From positions 28,448 through 92,447 of the forward strand of contig JAUSCN010000013.1 of the NCBI GenBank assembly GCA_030651285.1: 64,000 nucleotides of DNA, written 5' to 3'. The position numbers were made by a program, and so were the translations under genes. This DNA comes from a bacterium (GTDB lineage: Bacteria > Patescibacteriota > Minisyncoccia > Phycocordibacterales > Phycocordibacteraceae). The notes beneath the pieces are model-generated. The model had not been told where the DNA came from, did not search any database, and worked only from the letters and a program-made list of their open reading frames with translations. Positions 61,939 through 64,000 of this stretch are shown in pieces. The first letter of the stretch is position 1. Every line of letters starts with the position of its first letter.

Positions 61939-64000
61939 AAGTTTTCTTGGAAGAAAACGAATCGTTCTACTAGATACTCATGCCATTGTTCACCGTGCCT
62001 ATCATGCGCTCGCATCAGCGGAATTAACTGGTCCGACCGGCGCCCCGACTGGCGCACTGTATGGTCTTGTTACGATGCTGCTCAAGATCATCACCGACCT
62101 GAAGCCTGATTACATCGCGGCATGCTTTGATTTGCCGAAGCCGACCATTCGCCATGAAGCGTTCGAGGGATACAAAGGGACGCGCACAAAGACAGACGAC
62201 GCTCTTGCGCTCCAGCTTCAGGAGTCGCGCAAAGTGTTCGAAGCGTTCTCAATCCCGATGTATGAACGAGAGGGATTTGAGGCAGACGATCTTCTTGGTA
62301 CCATCGCGCACGAATTGAGGGAAGAGGGTGTCGACGTCATCATCGCATCTGGAGATATGGACATGCTGCAGCTCGTCGATGACGAACGTGTTCGTGTTTT
62401 CACGCTGAAAAAGGGCATCAATGACACTATTTTATATGACGAGGGGAAGGTCGTAGAACGATTTGGTTTTAAGCCGCCACTCATTCGAGATTTGAAAGGA
62501 ATTATGGGCGATCCGTCCGATAACATAAAAGGAGTGCCAGGTGTTGGTGAGGGAAGCGCCCTCAAGTTGATCCAGAAATATGGAGATCTAGAAAGTATCT
62601 ACAAGACTCTCAAAAAGAAAGGTGTCGAGACAGTCGCAAAAGAAGTGGGTATCCAAAAGCGCTATGTACAGCTCGTCTTAGATAATGAGGAAGAGGCGAT
62701 CTTTTCTAAATCACTCGCAACGATACGCCTAGATGCGCCGATCGCGTTCACGCTTCCTGAACGTTCATGGCGCGATACTGCAGCACTACAGAAAGTGCTG
62801 TCGATGTGTGATGATTTCGGGTTCCGCTCATTGCGAGATCGTGTGCAGAAGATTTTTGCGAATACGGCCAGCGATGGGGAAGAGAATATTGTGTACGAAG
62901 AGATGGTCCCTGAAGAGGTGGACCCTGTAGCTCTTACGGAAGCGAAAGTGATGCTCTGGCTCATTTCCTCTGAGTTCACGAACCCGTCGCTCGACGACAT
63001 CCTTGCGTTCACGAAGAAGCGCGTGTTCGTTGATGCTCGTGTCGAGCTCGAAAAGCAGTTATCTCTAATGGGAAAGGTGCGGGATGTGTATGAGCACATA
63101 GAAAGATTGCTCATCCCAGTCATTCACAAGATGGAGTCGCGCGGCATACTTGTCGATCCGAATGTGCTCGACGCCCTGGCTAGGAAATATACTGTTGAAC
63201 TTGAGTCGCTTGAGAAGCGTATCTATAAAGCCGCCGGACGAGAATTCAATGTGAACTCTCCTAAGCAGCTCGGCGAAGTGCTTTTCGATGAGCTGAAAAT
63301 TATTCCTGAGCGACAGAAGAAGACCGCGGGAGGGCAGCGTTCGACTCGCGAAAGCGAGCTCGAGAAGATACGTGATATGCATCCGGTCATCGGCGACATT
63401 CTTGAGTATCGAGAGCTCAAGAAGCTTCTTTCTACGTACATCGAGAATCTGCCGCCTCTACTCGACGCGGAACATCGCTTGCATGCTGAATTTCTCCAGA
63501 CAGGCACCACGACCGGCCGTATGGCGAGCCAGAGTCCGAACCTGCAGAACATTCCGCTCCATTCGGAACGGGGAAGGGCGATACGGCACGCATTCGTAGC
63601 TTCAAAAGATTTTACGCTCGTTGCACTCGACTATTCGCAGATAGAGTTGCGGCTTGCAGCGATTCTCTCTGGCGACGAAAAACTTTGTGCGATATTCAGA
63701 AGCGGCAGAGACGTGCATCAAGAAGTTGCCGCGCAGGTATTTCATGTTGCGCCTAGTGAGGTCGATGCGGAGATGCGCCGACGGGCGAAGATTATTAACT
63801 TTGGCATCTTGTATGGCATGGGCGTGAACGCGCTCCGTCAACAGCTCGGTTCGACGACAGCAGAAGCGCATCAATACCTCGAGGAATATTTCACCACGTT
63901 CAAGACGCTTTCAGAATATCTTGAGAGCACCAAAGGTTTTGCGAGAAAACACGGATATACCGAAACGCTCTTCGGTCGCCGCCGCCAGTTTCCAGAAATG
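61931..64000 (+). CDS. polA: DNA polymerase I, 3' end off-window
   Basis: ATG at 61931 overlaps the tsaE stop, and the frame stays open for 690 codons to the window edge. 5'-nuclease motifs are LLDTHAIVHRAY and GDPSDNIKGVPGVG. Polymerase motifs are LVALDYSQIELR and TLFGRRRQFPE. The ORF is absent from the track because it has no stop. Confidence 0.9.
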   Translation, partial: MTKSFLGRKRIVLLDTHAIVHRAYHALASAELTGPTGAPTGALYGLVTMLLKIITDLKPDYIAACFDLPKPTIRHEAFEGYKGTRTKTDDALALQLQESRKVFEAFSIPMYEREGFEADDLLGTIAHELREEGVDVIIASGDMDMLQLVDDERVRVFTLKKGINDTILYDEGKVVERFGFKPPLIRDLKGIMGDPSDNIKGVPGVGEGSALKLIQKYGDLESIYKTLKKKGVETVAKEVGIQKRYVQLVLDNEEEAIFSKSLATIRLDAPIAFTLPERSWRDTAALQKVLSMCDDFGFRSLRDRVQKIFANTASDGEENIVYEEMVPEEVDPVALTEAKVMLWLISSEFTNPSLDDILAFTKKRVFVDARVELEKQLSLMGKVRDVYEHIERLLIPVIHKMESRGILVDPNVLDALARKYTVELESLEKRIYKAAGREFNVNSPKQLGEVLFDELKIIPERQKKTAGGQRSTRESELEKIRDMHPVIGDILEYRELKKLLSTYIENLPPLLDAEHRLHAEFLQTGTTTGRMASQSPNLQNIPLHSERGRAIRHAFVASKDFTLVALDYSQIELRLAAILSGDEKLCAIFRSGRDVHQEVAAQVFHVAPSEVDAEMRRRAKIINFGILYGMGVNALRQQLGSTTAEAHQYLEEYFTTFKTLSEYLESTKGFARKHGYTETLFGRRRQFPEM

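Noticed and set aside
1-64000. Alternative genetic code (TGA or TAG reassigned), as in some CPR lineages
   Set aside because: TGA ends the EF-hand lipoprotein gene and yebC. TAG ends rpsO and recJ at the expected protein C-termini. TAA ends rpmH and many other genes. Long conserved genes have no internal stops under code 11.
1-64000. CRISPR arrays, rRNA operons, IS elements or transposases, prophage genes, reverse transcriptases
   Set aside because: Reading the non-coding spacers, I saw no regularly spaced direct repeats. No ORF has transposase, phage-structural or RT motifs. The only recombinase is the Xer-type gene.

Overview
The window looks like a 64-kb chromosomal segment of a small-genome bacterium that uses the standard genetic code. 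TGA, TAA and TAG all terminate recognisable conserved genes. Gene content and protein style resemble Patescibacteria/CPR (Parcubacteria-like) genomes: a compact YebC, a PrgI/VirB4/T4SS-pilin cluster, a minimal type IV pilus set, ComEC/ComM/RecJ, and many membrane or secreted orphan proteins. That taxonomic placement is inference only. The window spans the replication-origin neighbourhood, with yidC-rnpA-rpmH on the minus strand facing dnaA-dnaN on the plus strand.

Housekeeping genes recognised:
- Replication, repair and recombination: pcrA/uvrD-like helicase, xth, recJ, rnhA, ruvC, yebC, ruvB, polA (3' end off-window).
- Translation and RNA: rpsO, rpmB, rpmH, cca, rny, nusA, tsaE.
- Other core functions: hup, clpP, ppa, tpiA, pgk, sod, PBP1A.
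- Four tRNA genes, none encoding the 3' CCA.

Accessory content:
1. A lower-GC, three-gene exopolysaccharide locus (14.1-19.7 kb). It holds a hyaluronan-synthase/NodC-like processive GT2, a heparinase II/III-CE4 deacetylase fusion, and a secreted jelly-roll-like protein. The synthase is split by a G9 homopolymer, so it may be phase-variable.
2. A Xer recombinase followed by a DinJ-YafQ module, a RhuM-Fic/Doc gene with an in-frame amber codon, and an orphan gene.
3. A type IV pilus module (PilB, PilC, three pilin-like genes) plus a second PilB-like ATPase.
4. An eight-gene VirB4-centred T4SS-like module with no relaxase or coupling protein in view.
5. A rearranged comEC region: a degenerate 5' duplication, a 19-nt exact direct repeat shared with recJ, and a detached, degenerate MBL domain.

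No rRNA genes, CRISPR arrays, transposases or prophage genes were seen. All family assignments rest on motifs read by eye from the translations. No database search was run.
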